From: Candidatus Methylomirabilota bacterium
GTDB lineage: Bacteria; Methylomirabilota; Methylomirabilia; Rokubacteriales; DASRDR01
Assembly (NCBI GenBank): GCA_036001225.1
Contig: DASYUM010000308.1
Location: 540 to 64,539 of the forward strand
Direction: 5' to 3'
DNA length: 64,000 nt
The translations under genes and the position numbers were made by a program. Shown here in pieces: positions 1 through 8,583 of this stretch. Every line of letters begins with the position of its first letter. Within the stretch, counting starts at the first letter, position 1. The notes under the pieces are model-generated. The model did no database searches and had not been told where the DNA came from. It worked only from the letters and a program-made list of their open reading frames with translations.

Positions 1-561
1 CACTTCTCGGAGATCGCGGCCGGCGCCGACCTGCCGATCGTCGTCTTCGAGTACCCGCCGGCGTCGGGGATCGGCTACTCAGCCGAGACTCTGGCCCGGC
101 TGGCCGAGATCCCGCAGGTGGCGGCGGTCAAGGACTGGTCCAACGACATCGTCGCGTTCGAGCGCAACCTGCGCGCCCTCCGCGGCACCGGCCGACCGGT
201 GGCGATGCTGTCCTCGTTCACCATGTCCCTGATGGCGACGTTTCTCCTCGGCGCCGACGGGGCGATCTCCGGGATGGGCAGCGTCGTCGCCGACCTCCAG
301 GGGGAGCTGTTCGAGGCCTGTCAGAAAGGCGACCTCGACGGCGCCCGGCGCGTGAACGATCGGCTCGACCCGCTGGTGCGGGTCTTCTACGCGCCGCCGT
401 TCGTGGACATGCACAACCGGATGAAGGAAGCGCTGGTCCTCCTCGGGCGGATCCCGGCTGCCCACGTGCGTCCGCCGCTGACGCCGGTGCCGCCCGCCGA
501 GCGCGAGACGATTCGCCGCGCCCTGGCGGCCGCCGGGCTGGAGGGTCGCCGGGCCCGATAG
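1..561 (+). CDS. DapA/dihydrodipicolinate synthase-family lyase, 5' truncated by the window edge
   Basis: Frame 1 is open from base 1 to the TAG at 559-561. The translation shows DHDPS/NAL-family motifs (...VVFEYPP...AAVKDWSNDIV...GADGAISGMGS...). Confidence 0.7.
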   Translation, partial: HFSEIAAGADLPIVVFEYPPASGIGYSAETLARLAEIPQVAAVKDWSNDIVAFERNLRALRGTGRPVAMLSSFTMSLMATFLLGADGAISGMGSVVADLQGELFEACQKGDLDGARRVNDRLDPLVRVFYAPPFVDMHNRMKEALVLLGRIPAAHVRPPLTPVPPAERETIRRALAAAGLEGRRAR

Positions 562-670
562 CGGCGCGACGGACGCGGCCGGCGTCGTGCGCCAACTCCG
601 CGGATTTTCCGCGCAAATGACGGCACAATCCGCTTGACGCCGGCGGGGGCGGCGTCAGAAGATACGCCCG

Positions 671-1468
671 ATGACGAGCCGCCCGCCGCGCGTCGTCCAC
701 GGGCTGTTCCTGCTCCTCGTGGCGCTCCTGTTCCCCGGCTGCGCGGGTTGGCTGGCGCCCCCGCTCTCGGCCTGGTCGGCCGCGACCCCCCCGGGGGCGT
801 TCGAGGTCGGCCGCGACACGTTCGCGTTCCCCAACCAGATCCGGGCCGAACATCCGGAGCGCGCCGTCGACTTCGGCAACTACTGCATCATCATGGCGCG
901 GGCGGCCAGCCAGTTCTTCCGCTTCGCGCGCTTCGCCCCCGACGCGCCGCCGGTCTCGGACGCCGAGTACACGCGCCTGGCCCGGACGGTGATGAGCATC
1001 GGCGCCTGGGCGGGACCTCGGCCGCCCGAGCGACGGGTGGTAATTCCCGGCTACGCCGACCTCCACGCCCTCTCGCAGGCGCGGGAGTCGGCCGTCAAGG
1101 CGGCGTTCGACTCGAATACGCTCAGCATGTTCCACTGGCGAACGTGGCGGATCGTCCTGCCGCTGCTCCCCGGCCACCAGCGCCGGCTGGCCCGCGAGCT
1201 GGTCGAGGAATTGGCCGGCGGCCGGCCGGTGCCGCTGATGATCACCAACTTCCCCGACCCCGACCTCCTCAATCACGCCGTGCTGGTCTACGACTCCCGG
1301 CCGGGCGCGCGAGCGGTGGAGTTCTTCGCCTACGACCCGAACGATCCGACGACCCCGCTCGGCTTGCACTTCGACCCCGTCACGGGCAGCTTCTGGGTCG
1401 AGCCGCTGCCCTACAGCCCGCCGGGACGCATCCGTGCGTTCCGGCTCTACACCTCGCCCCTCCTCTAG
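671..1468 (+). CDS. Hypothetical lipoprotein (signal peptide + lipobox LFPGC), function unknown
   Basis: 265-aa ORF. The N-terminal hydrophobic stretch ends in L-F-P-G-C-A-G (lipobox-like). No domain recognised by eye. Confidence 0.45.
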   Translation: MTSRPPRVVHGLFLLLVALLFPGCAGWLAPPLSAWSAATPPGAFEVGRDTFAFPNQIRAEHPERAVDFGNYCIIMARAASQFFRFARFAPDAPPVSDAEYTRLARTVMSIGAWAGPRPPERRVVIPGYADLHALSQARESAVKAAFDSNTLSMFHWRTWRIVLPLLPGHQRRLARELVEELAGGRPVPLMITNFPDPDLLNHAVLVYDSRPGARAVEFFAYDPNDPTTPLGLHFDPVTGSFWVEPLPYSPPGRIRAFRLYTSPLL

Positions 1469-1640
1469 TGCGTACGCCGCCTACCGACGGGGCGAGGCCG
1501 GCCGCCCCGCCCCCCGGCCTCGTCGCGCCGGCCGTCGCTCCGCCCCGCACCTCGGGGGTAGTCGGCCGGCCGGCTCCTCGGCACCTTCGGTCCTCGGGTC
1601 CACGTCGTGATATCGCCCGACGTCTGGGAGGACGAGGGCG

Positions 1641-2846
1641 GTGAGCCCGCGCGCGGCTGAGCCGGTGGCGGTGACCGGTGCCGGCGTGGTCAGCCCGATC
1701 GGGCAGGACCTCGACGCGTTCTGGGCGGGCCTGGTCACTGGCGTGTCCGGGATCGCGGAGATCGAGCGCTTCCCGGTGGCCGACCTCCGGGTGACCCGAG
1801 GCGGCGAGGTGAAGAAGCTCCACCGCGTCGCCGAACTCACGCACGATGCGCGCCTGCCGGCCTGCCGGGCCTCGCGCTTCCTGATCCACGCCACCCGGGA
1901 GGCTCTCGCCCACGCCGGGCTGGCCGCCGATCCGCCCGAGCCGGCGCGGTTGGCGGTGGTGATCGGGACGGCGCTCGGCGGCATCGACGACGCCGCCCGC
2001 GCCCTGCGGGGTGACGGCGGGGTGCGGGCGCTGTGCGGCTCGCTCTACGATGGCCCCACCTGGAACCTCGCCCGCTGGCTCGACACCGAAGGGCCGGTGC
2101 TCACGGTGTCCACGGCGTGCGCCTCGGGGGCGACCAGCCTCGGCGTGGCGGCGGAGCTCATCCGGGCGGGGCGGGCCGACGTGGCGGTCGCCGGTGGCGT
2201 CGATGTCCTCTGCCGCTTCGTCCAGCGCGGCTTCAACGTGCTTCGCTCGCTCACCCGGGACCAGGTCCGTCCCTTCGACCGTCGGCGGAGCGGCATCCTC
2301 CTCGGCGAAGGCGCCGGCATCGTGGTGCTGGAACGCGCCGCCTGTGCCGCCGCCCGTGGTCGGGCGCCGCTCGGCTGGCTCCTCGGGCACGCCAGCACGG
2401 CCGACGGCGCCCACATCACGGCCCCCGACCCCGAGGGCCGGGGCCTCGCCCTCGCGATCCGGCAGGCGCTGGGCGAAGCCGGCCTCGGTCCGGACAGCGT
2501 GGAGTTCGTGAGCGCCCACGGGACCGGGACGCCCGCCAACGACCGGGTCGAGACCGACGTCCTCAAGCGGGTCCTCGGCCCGCGTGCCTACGCCGTCCCC
2601 GTCAACTCGATCAAGGCCCACCTGGGTCACACGATGGGAGCGGCGGCGACGCTGGAGGCGATCATGTGTCTGCTGGCCGGCCGCCACGGTCAGCTCCCGC
2701 CCACTCTCAACTACGGCGAGTCGGATCCCCACTGCGACCTCGACTGGGTCCCCAACGAAGCGCGGCGCCACCGGCCGCGGGTGAGCCTGTCCACCTCGCT
2801 CGGCTTCGGGGGCTGCAATGCGGCCCTCGTGCTGGCTGCCGCATGA
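1641..2846 (+). CDS. Beta-ketoacyl-ACP synthase (FabF/KAS II-like, type II FAS/PKS KS), active
   Basis: 401 aa. Active-site Cys in VSTACASG, the two catalytic His in SAHGTGT and IKAHLGHTMGAA, and C-terminal SLGFGGCNAALVL. GTG start with GGAGGA 10 nt upstream. Confidence 0.85.
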   Translation: MSPRAAEPVAVTGAGVVSPIGQDLDAFWAGLVTGVSGIAEIERFPVADLRVTRGGEVKKLHRVAELTHDARLPACRASRFLIHATREALAHAGLAADPPEPARLAVVIGTALGGIDDAARALRGDGGVRALCGSLYDGPTWNLARWLDTEGPVLTVSTACASGATSLGVAAELIRAGRADVAVAGGVDVLCRFVQRGFNVLRSLTRDQVRPFDRRRSGILLGEGAGIVVLERAACAAARGRAPLGWLLGHASTADGAHITAPDPEGRGLALAIRQALGEAGLGPDSVEFVSAHGTGTPANDRVETDVLKRVLGPRAYAVPVNSIKAHLGHTMGAAATLEAIMCLLAGRHGQLPPTLNYGESDPHCDLDWVPNEARRHRPRVSLSTSLGFGGCNAALVLAAA

Positions 2847-3823
2847 ACAGGGTGGCCTCGTCTGCCATCGCCGGCGTCCGGGCCGCCCACGCCCCGGCGC
2901 CGCGGATCGCGGGCGTCGGCCTCCTGACCGGCTGGGGCGAAGGCCCCGCGGCGCTCGCCCGGGCCCGAGGGAACACCCCGGCGTCGTTGCTGGCGGTGCC
3001 GACGCCGGCGCTCGGGGGGGAGCGGTTCCGCCGCGCCACCCGCGAGTGCCTGCTGGCGGCGGCCGCCGTGCGGGCGGCGACGGCCGAGGCGGGCCTCGAC
3101 GAGACGGCGCTGGCCGGTGAGCGGACGGGGATGCTCTACGCCAGCGCGACCGCCTATGCGGCGGCCAACCGCGCCTTCCTCGAGGACGAGGCGTCCACCA
3201 CGCTCCACTTTCCGTACACCGCGCCCAGCGCGGTGCCCGGCGAGGTGACCATCGCCTTCGGCATCCGGGGCCCCTACCTCAACCTGATGGGTGGCGGCCC
3301 GGCGGCGCTCCAGGCCCTCTGGTACGCCGCGCGGTGGCTGGCGGCCGGCCAGGTCGATCGGGTCCTCGTCCTCGCAGTCGAGACCGTGCACGAGGTCTGG
3401 GACCTCTTCGGCCGCGCGCGGCGGCTCTATCGCCGGCCGCTGGTCGAGGGGGCCGCCTGCCTCCTCCTCGAGCCGGGCGATGGGGCGTCGCTGGCCTGGG
3501 CGTCGGCGACGGCGCCCAGGACGGCGCGCCCCCACGCCGATCGTGTCGTGGGCGCAGTCCTCGACGCCGTCCTCGGGGACGGCACGCCGGCGACGGTGGC
3601 CCGGTGTTCGGGGACCCACGGGTTCGGGCGGGCCGAGGCGGCGGCGCTCGCCGGACGGCGGAGGTCGCCGGCCGTGGTGAGCGGGCCGGGCGAGGCGATG
3701 GCGTGCGGGCCACTCTTGGAACTCGCCGAGGCGCGGTCGCGCCGGGCGCCGGGACCCTGGCTGCTCACCGCTGCCTGGCGTAACGATTACAGCGCCCTGT
3801 GCTGGCCCACTCCGATGGCGTGA
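2843..3823 (+). CDS. KS-like protein lacking the catalytic Cys/His (chain-length-factor-like partner of the preceding KS)
   Basis: ATG at 2843 overlaps the upstream TGA (ATGA). 326 aa with a thiolase-fold-like N-terminus but no TACSSG, HGTGT or GH motifs. Confidence 0.6.
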   Translation: MNRVASSAIAGVRAAHAPAPRIAGVGLLTGWGEGPAALARARGNTPASLLAVPTPALGGERFRRATRECLLAAAAVRAATAEAGLDETALAGERTGMLYASATAYAAANRAFLEDEASTTLHFPYTAPSAVPGEVTIAFGIRGPYLNLMGGGPAALQALWYAARWLAAGQVDRVLVLAVETVHEVWDLFGRARRLYRRPLVEGAACLLLEPGDGASLAWASATAPRTARPHADRVVGAVLDAVLGDGTPATVARCSGTHGFGRAEAAALAGRRRSPAVVSGPGEAMACGPLLELAEARSRRAPGPWLLTAAWRNDYSALCWPTPMA

Positions 3824-3837
3824 AGCCGGGAGAGCCG

Positions 3838-4116
3838 ATGGACGAGCGCGCGATCCTCGACGAGTTGCGGGACATCATCGTCAAGCGGCTCAAGTTCGAT
3901 CCCAAGGTGGTCGCGGGCGTGACGTCCGAGACCCCGCTGCCGAAAGGGATCGAGAACTCCCTCGGCCTCGACTCCCTCGACTTCATCGAGCTGTCGATCG
4001 CCCTCGAGGAGCGCTTCGGGGTGGTCGTCCAGGAAGGCGAGCCGGTCGAGGCGCACTTCGCGACGCTGGGCTCGCTGGCGCGCTTCGTGCGCCTGTCCCA
4101 GGGCGGGCCTGCGTGA
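3838..4116 (+). CDS. Acyl carrier protein (discrete ACP)
   Basis: 92 aa with the phosphopantetheine-attachment motif LGLDSLDFIEL. GGGAGA RBS 6 nt upstream of the ATG. Confidence 0.8.
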   Translation: MDERAILDELRDIIVKRLKFDPKVVAGVTSETPLPKGIENSLGLDSLDFIELSIALEERFGVVVQEGEPVEAHFATLGSLARFVRLSQGGPA

Positions 4117-5327
4117 ACGACGTCGTCGTCACCGGCATCGGCGCGGTCAGCCCCTACGGGCTGGGCCGGGCGGCCTTCTGGGCCGGCCTGGCCGCCGGTC
4201 GCTGTACCCTCGCACCCCTGACCCTGTTCCCGACCGACGGCTTCCGCTGCCGAATCGCCGCCGAGGTCCCCCCGACGGTGACCTTGCGCGCCTCCGGGCG
4301 CCGGACGCGCGCCGACCGGCTGGCGATCGCCGCCGCCGACGAAGCCGTCGCCGACGCCGGGCTCCACCGGGCCGATCTCCGGCCGGCGGCGGTGGTGGTC
4401 GGCGGGATCGGTGGCGGCATGCTCGAGGCGGAGGCCTGGTACTGGCGCCTGCAGCGGGAAGGCGTGGACGACCCGCGGCTCCGCGGCGCGCTCCGCAGTG
4501 TCCTGCCATCGGCTCACGCCGAGATGCTGGCCCGTCGCTACGGCACCACCGGCCCCAAGGAAACCGTGGTGCTCGCCTGCAGCTCCGGCGGCGCCGCTCT
4601 CGGGATCGCGGCGGATCTGGTGCGGGCGGGGGAGACGCCGCTCGCCCTCGCCGGGGGTGTGGACGCCCTGACCCGGATCTGCTTCATGGGGTTCAACGCC
4701 CTGAAGCTCCTCGACCTCGAACCCTGTCGCCCCTTCGCCCGCGACCGCCGGGGCATGTCGCTCGGCGAGGGCGCCGGCTTCGTCGTCCTCGAAGAGGCCG
4801 CCCACGCGGCCGCCCGCGGGGCGCGCGCCTACTCGGCGCTGGCCGGCTTCGGGCTCACGACCGACGCCTACCACATGACGGCGCCCCACCCCGACGCCGA
4901 GGGAAGCGTCCGGGCCATGGTCGAGGCGCTGGAACACGCCCGGCTCCCCGCCGGGGCGGTCGGCTACGTCAACGCCCACGGCACCGGCACCGTGCAGAAT
5001 GACCGGGCGGAGGCGCTCGCGATCCGCAAGGTCTTCGGCGCCGAGGCCGTGCTCGTGAGCGCCAACAAGTCGTTGATCGGACACACCATGGCGGCGGCCG
5101 GCGCCCTGGAGGCGATCGCGACCGTTCTCACGCTCGTCCACGACCTGGTGCCCCCGACCGCCAACCTCGCCGAGCCGGATCCCGACATCCCCTTCGACTG
5201 CGTGCCGCTCACCGCGCGGCGGGCCCGGGTGGAGTGCGCCATGTCGAACTCCTTCGGCTTCGGCGGCCAGAACGTGAGCCTGGTGTTCCGGCGGGTGGCC
5301 GATCCTCGGCCGGCTGATGGCGGCTGA
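4113..5327 (+). CDS. Beta-ketoacyl-ACP synthase (second active KS)
   Basis: GTG start overlaps the ACP stop (GTGA). Active-site Cys in VLACSSGG, both His in NAHGTGT and NKSLIGHTMAAAG, and the MSNSFGFGGQNVSLVF C-terminus. Confidence 0.85.
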   Translation: MNDVVVTGIGAVSPYGLGRAAFWAGLAAGRCTLAPLTLFPTDGFRCRIAAEVPPTVTLRASGRRTRADRLAIAAADEAVADAGLHRADLRPAAVVVGGIGGGMLEAEAWYWRLQREGVDDPRLRGALRSVLPSAHAEMLARRYGTTGPKETVVLACSSGGAALGIAADLVRAGETPLALAGGVDALTRICFMGFNALKLLDLEPCRPFARDRRGMSLGEGAGFVVLEEAAHAAARGARAYSALAGFGLTTDAYHMTAPHPDAEGSVRAMVEALEHARLPAGAVGYVNAHGTGTVQNDRAEALAIRKVFGAEAVLVSANKSLIGHTMAAAGALEAIATVLTLVHDLVPPTANLAEPDPDIPFDCVPLTARRARVECAMSNSFGFGGQNVSLVFRRVADPRPADGG

Positions 5328-6552
5328 GGGGCCGCTCCGCGTCCTCATCACGGGCATTGGCAGCGTCAGCGCGCTCGGCGTCGGCGGCGCCGCCACGCTG
5401 ACCGCCGCCCTGGCTCGAGGAGCCTCCGGAATCCGGGCCGTCCGCGGCTTCGATACCGACGGGGCCGGTAGCCACCTGGGCGCGGAGGTCGAGGACCTCA
5501 GCCCGCACCTCGGCCCGGAGGAGGTCCGGCGGCTGGCCCGCGCCAGCCAGCTTGCTGTCATCGCCTGCCGGCTGGCCGTCGCCGACGCCGGTGTCGAGCC
5601 GCGGGGGCTGCCCGGGTTGGGCCTGGTGCTGGGCTCGGCGTACGGCGACTTCCGGTCGTCCGAGGCGTTCGCGCGCGGCTATCTCGGCCGGGGGCCGCTC
5701 GGGCTCTCGCCCGTCCTCTTCCCCAACACCGTGATGAACGCGATGGCGGCCCAGGCCGCGATCGCGGTCGGCGCCCAGGGGCCGATGCTGACGCTGAACC
5801 AGGACGCCATCGCCGGCGAGCTCGCGGTGGCCCGGGCCGCCCAGCTGATCGCGACCGGCCGCGCGCCGGCAGCGCTGGCCGGGGGGGTGGACGAGCTGTG
5901 CCCCGTTCTCTACCACGAGCTGGCTCGCCTCGGGACCAGCTCGCCGCGCGGGCACGGAGCCGAGGGGTGCTGGCCCTTCGATCGCCGCGCCAACGGGACG
6001 GTCCTGGGCGAGGGCGCGACGATCGTGGTCCTGGAGGCGGCCTCCAGCGCCCTGGCGCGCGGGGCCCGCGTCTATGCCGAGTTGGCCGGGGTCGCCACCG
6101 GGAACCTGCCCGCGGCCCCCCACGGCTTCCCGGCCCGCCGCCGCCGCGATCCGGTGGTGATCCGGCGCGCGTTGGCCCGGGCCCGGCTCGCCGCCGCCGA
6201 CGTGGACGCCGTCTACTGCACGGGGACCGGCGATCCCGCCGGAGACCGGTGCGAGCTGGACCTGATGGGCGCGGTATTCGAGGGGGCGCCCCGGGCGCGG
6301 CCGCTGCTGAGTGCCCTGACCCCGCTTGCCGGCGAACACGGCGGGCTGGGCGCGCTTCGCGTCGCCGCCGCCGCGACCGCGGTGGCCGGGGGCCCGCTGC
6401 CCGGCCTGCCGGACCTGGAGAGACCGGTGCGGCCGGACTGGGCCTTCGCGACCGGCGCGCCCCGCTCGTTGCCCGGCGCGGGGGCGATCATGGTCCACGG
6501 GCTGGCGCGAGGCGGTGGCCACGCCGCGCTCGTCTTGACGCGAGCCGCCTGA
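5317..6552 (+). CDS. KS-like/CLF-like protein with Gln in place of the active-site Cys (LNQDAIAG); catalytic His residues absent
   Basis: 411 aa. Its start overlaps the KS stop. It has thiolase-fold similarity, but Cys is replaced (NQD), HGTGT is replaced by YCTGTGD, and there is no GH motif. This is the KSbeta/CLF signature. Confidence 0.65.
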   Translation: MAAEGPLRVLITGIGSVSALGVGGAATLTAALARGASGIRAVRGFDTDGAGSHLGAEVEDLSPHLGPEEVRRLARASQLAVIACRLAVADAGVEPRGLPGLGLVLGSAYGDFRSSEAFARGYLGRGPLGLSPVLFPNTVMNAMAAQAAIAVGAQGPMLTLNQDAIAGELAVARAAQLIATGRAPAALAGGVDELCPVLYHELARLGTSSPRGHGAEGCWPFDRRANGTVLGEGATIVVLEAASSALARGARVYAELAGVATGNLPAAPHGFPARRRRDPVVIRRALARARLAAADVDAVYCTGTGDPAGDRCELDLMGAVFEGAPRARPLLSALTPLAGEHGGLGALRVAAAATAVAGGPLPGLPDLERPVRPDWAFATGAPRSLPGAGAIMVHGLARGGGHAALVLTRAA

Positions 6553-7307
6553 TGCCGCGCCTCGTCGCCGTCGTGCCGGTGTTCAACGAGGCGGCCACCG
6601 TCCCCGGCGTCGTGCGGCGGCTGGGCAAGCTCTGTCCGGTGATCGTGGTGGACGACGCGTCGACCGACGGCAGCGGCGCCGGCGCGGCCGCCGCGGGCGC
6701 CCGCGTCGTCCGCCTGCCGGCCCGCGGCGGCAAGGGGGCCGCCCTCCGGCTGGGCTTCGCGGAGGCGCTTCGGGCCGGTGCCGACGGGGTGGCGACCCTC
6801 GACGGCGACGGCCAGCACGACCCGGCCGAATTGCCACGCCTGATCGCCGCCGGCCGGCGCGTCCCCGAGGCGCTCGTCGTCGGCGACCGGCTCGGCGGAC
6901 TCGGCGACCGCATCCCGCGTGCGCGCCTCGCCGCCATCCGGATCGCCGACCGTTGGCTCGGCTGGCTCACGGGGATGCCGCTGCGCGACACCCAGTGCGG
7001 CTTTCGGCTCTACCCGGCAGTCTTTCTGCGGGCGGCTCGCCTGCGCGAAGAAGGCTTCGTGCTCGAGAGCGAAGCCCTCGTCGAAGCCGCCCGCCGCGGC
7101 TTCCCGCTGGTGTCGGTGCCGCTGCGGGCGATCTATCCGCCGGGGCGGGCCAGCCGCTTCCGCGGGCTCGCCGACGGCCTGCGGATCGGCCGCTATCTCG
7201 CCCGCGAGGTCGTGCGGGAGGCGGCGCGGCGGATCGCCGTCGAGCCGCGCGGCCGCCGCGTCCGGGTGGCCTGGCCACTGCCCGATGCCAGAGGCGGCGG
7301 TGGCTGA
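6552..7307 (+). CDS. Family 2 glycosyltransferase (DPM1/polyprenol-phosphate sugar transferase-like)
   Basis: ATG at 6552 overlaps the upstream TGA by 1 nt. Motifs VVPVFNEA...VVDDASTDGS...DGDGQHDP (DxD) are typical of GT2_2 / Dpm1-like enzymes. Confidence 0.75.
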   Translation: MPRLVAVVPVFNEAATVPGVVRRLGKLCPVIVVDDASTDGSGAGAAAAGARVVRLPARGGKGAALRLGFAEALRAGADGVATLDGDGQHDPAELPRLIAAGRRVPEALVVGDRLGGLGDRIPRARLAAIRIADRWLGWLTGMPLRDTQCGFRLYPAVFLRAARLREEGFVLESEALVEAARRGFPLVSVPLRAIYPPGRASRFRGLADGLRIGRYLAREVVREAARRIAVEPRGRRVRVAWPLPDARGGGG

Positions 7308-8583
7308 TCGCATCCGCGCCCGTTACGACGTCGCCATCGTCGGGGGCGGCCCCGCCGGCTCCACCGCGGCGACCTTGCTGGCCCGCGCCGGTCTCGACGT
7401 CGCCTGCTTCGAGCGGGAGCGCTTCCCCCGCTTCCACATCGGCGAGTCGCTCCTCCCGGCCTCCGTCCCGCTCTTCGACCGGCTGGGGCTGACGTCGCGG
7501 CTGGAGGGGGCCGGGTTTCTCCGGAAGTACGGCGCCGCCTTCATCGACGAGGCGGACGGCCGGCAGGTCTTCTTCAATTTCCGGCGAGGCCCGCACTGGG
7601 CCGACCACGCCTACAACGTCCCCCGGGCCGATTTCGACCGCCTGCTCCTCGATCATGCCGCCAAGGAAGGGGCGGCCGTCGTCGAGGGCGCCGAGGTCCA
7701 GTCGCTGGCGATCGAGCGCGACCGCGTGCGGCTGGAAGTGGCGACCGACGACGGCGGGCGTTATCCGGTAGAGGCGGCGTTCCTGGTGGATGCCAGCGGT
7801 CGCGACGCGGTGCTCGCCTCGCGGCTTGGCCGTCGGGAGCCCATGCCCAGTCTGGGCAAGGTCGCGCTCTTCGCCCATTACCGGGGCGCGGAGCGCTGGC
7901 TCGAGCGCCGGGAGGGCTACATCCGGATCTACCTCTTCGACCACGGCTGGTTCTGGTGGATCCCCTTCGCCGGCGACCTCACCAGCGTCGGCTGTGTCCT
8001 CCACCAGCGCGTGGTCAAGGCGCGCCAGGTCCGCCTGGAGCAGCTCTTCGAGGAGATGGTGGCCGCCTGCCCGAGCGTGGCCGCCGGTCTGGACGGTGCC
8101 ACCCGGACCACCGAGGTCTTGAGCGCGGCCAATTTCTCCTACCGGGGGACGCCGGCGGTCGGCGACCGCTTCGTCGCCCTCGGGGACGCGGTCACGTTCG
8201 TGGACCCCATCTTCTCGACCGGCGTCTACATCGCCATGCAATCGGCCGAGCTGGCCTGCCCGGCCATCGTGACCGGGTTCCGGCAGGGAGCGTTCCGCGC
8301 CTCGGCCTTCGACGGATATCGGCGCCGCATCGAGCGTGGCACCGGGCTCTTGTTCCGCTTCATCGACCAGTACTATGACCCTGCGTTCCTGGACGTCTTT
8401 CTCTCTCCGAGCCCACCGCAGATGTTGCGCGACGCCGTGGTGACGGTCCTGGTCGGGGGCGCCTTCCTCCACTATCCGCTCTGGCTGCGGGCCCGTCTGG
8501 CGGCGGTCTTCCTCGGGGCCGCCCTCCGGCGGCGGTCGCGCGCGCGGCAGGGATTGGCGGTCGAGTCGCGCCTGACGTGGTGA
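7285..8583 (+). CDS. FAD-dependent halogenase (tryptophan-halogenase family / geranylgeranyl-reductase fold)
   Basis: N-terminal Rossmann motif VAIVGGGPAGS. The flavin-halogenase signature WxWxIP is present as GWFWWIPF. The length (about 430 aa) fits. It overlaps the GT gene by 23 nt. Confidence 0.7.
   Translation: MPEAAVADRIRARYDVAIVGGGPAGSTAATLLARAGLDVACFERERFPRFHIGESLLPASVPLFDRLGLTSRLEGAGFLRKYGAAFIDEADGRQVFFNFRRGPHWADHAYNVPRADFDRLLLDHAAKEGAAVVEGAEVQSLAIERDRVRLEVATDDGGRYPVEAAFLVDASGRDAVLASRLGRREPMPSLGKVALFAHYRGAERWLERREGYIRIYLFDHGWFWWIPFAGDLTSVGCVLHQRVVKARQVRLEQLFEEMVAACPSVAAGLDGATRTTEVLSAANFSYRGTPAVGDRFVALGDAVTFVDPIFSTGVYIAMQSAELACPAIVTGFRQGAFRASAFDGYRRRIERGTGLLFRFIDQYYDPAFLDVFLSPSPPQMLRDAVVTVLVGGAFLHYPLWLRARLAAVFLGAALRRRSRARQGLAVESRLTW

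Noticed and set aside
218-1369. Long minus-strand ORF (383 aa, Arg/Pro/Gly-rich) antisense to the DapA-like and lipoprotein genes; similar ones at 1380-2771, 3765-5561, 8472-11972, 14225-15598, 16815-18527, 35423-37696 and elsewhere.
   Set aside because: At about 70% GC, stop codons are rare in off-frames. These translations are low-complexity R/G/P/A-rich with no motifs and overlap well-supported genes. They are frame artefacts.
5898-7307. ORF-track version of the GT2 gene starting at 5898 (469 aa).
   Set aside because: The N-terminal 218 aa are R/G-rich junk read out-of-frame over the KS-like gene. The conserved GT2 N-terminus (MPRLVAVVPVFNE) begins at the ATG at 6552, overlapping the upstream stop.
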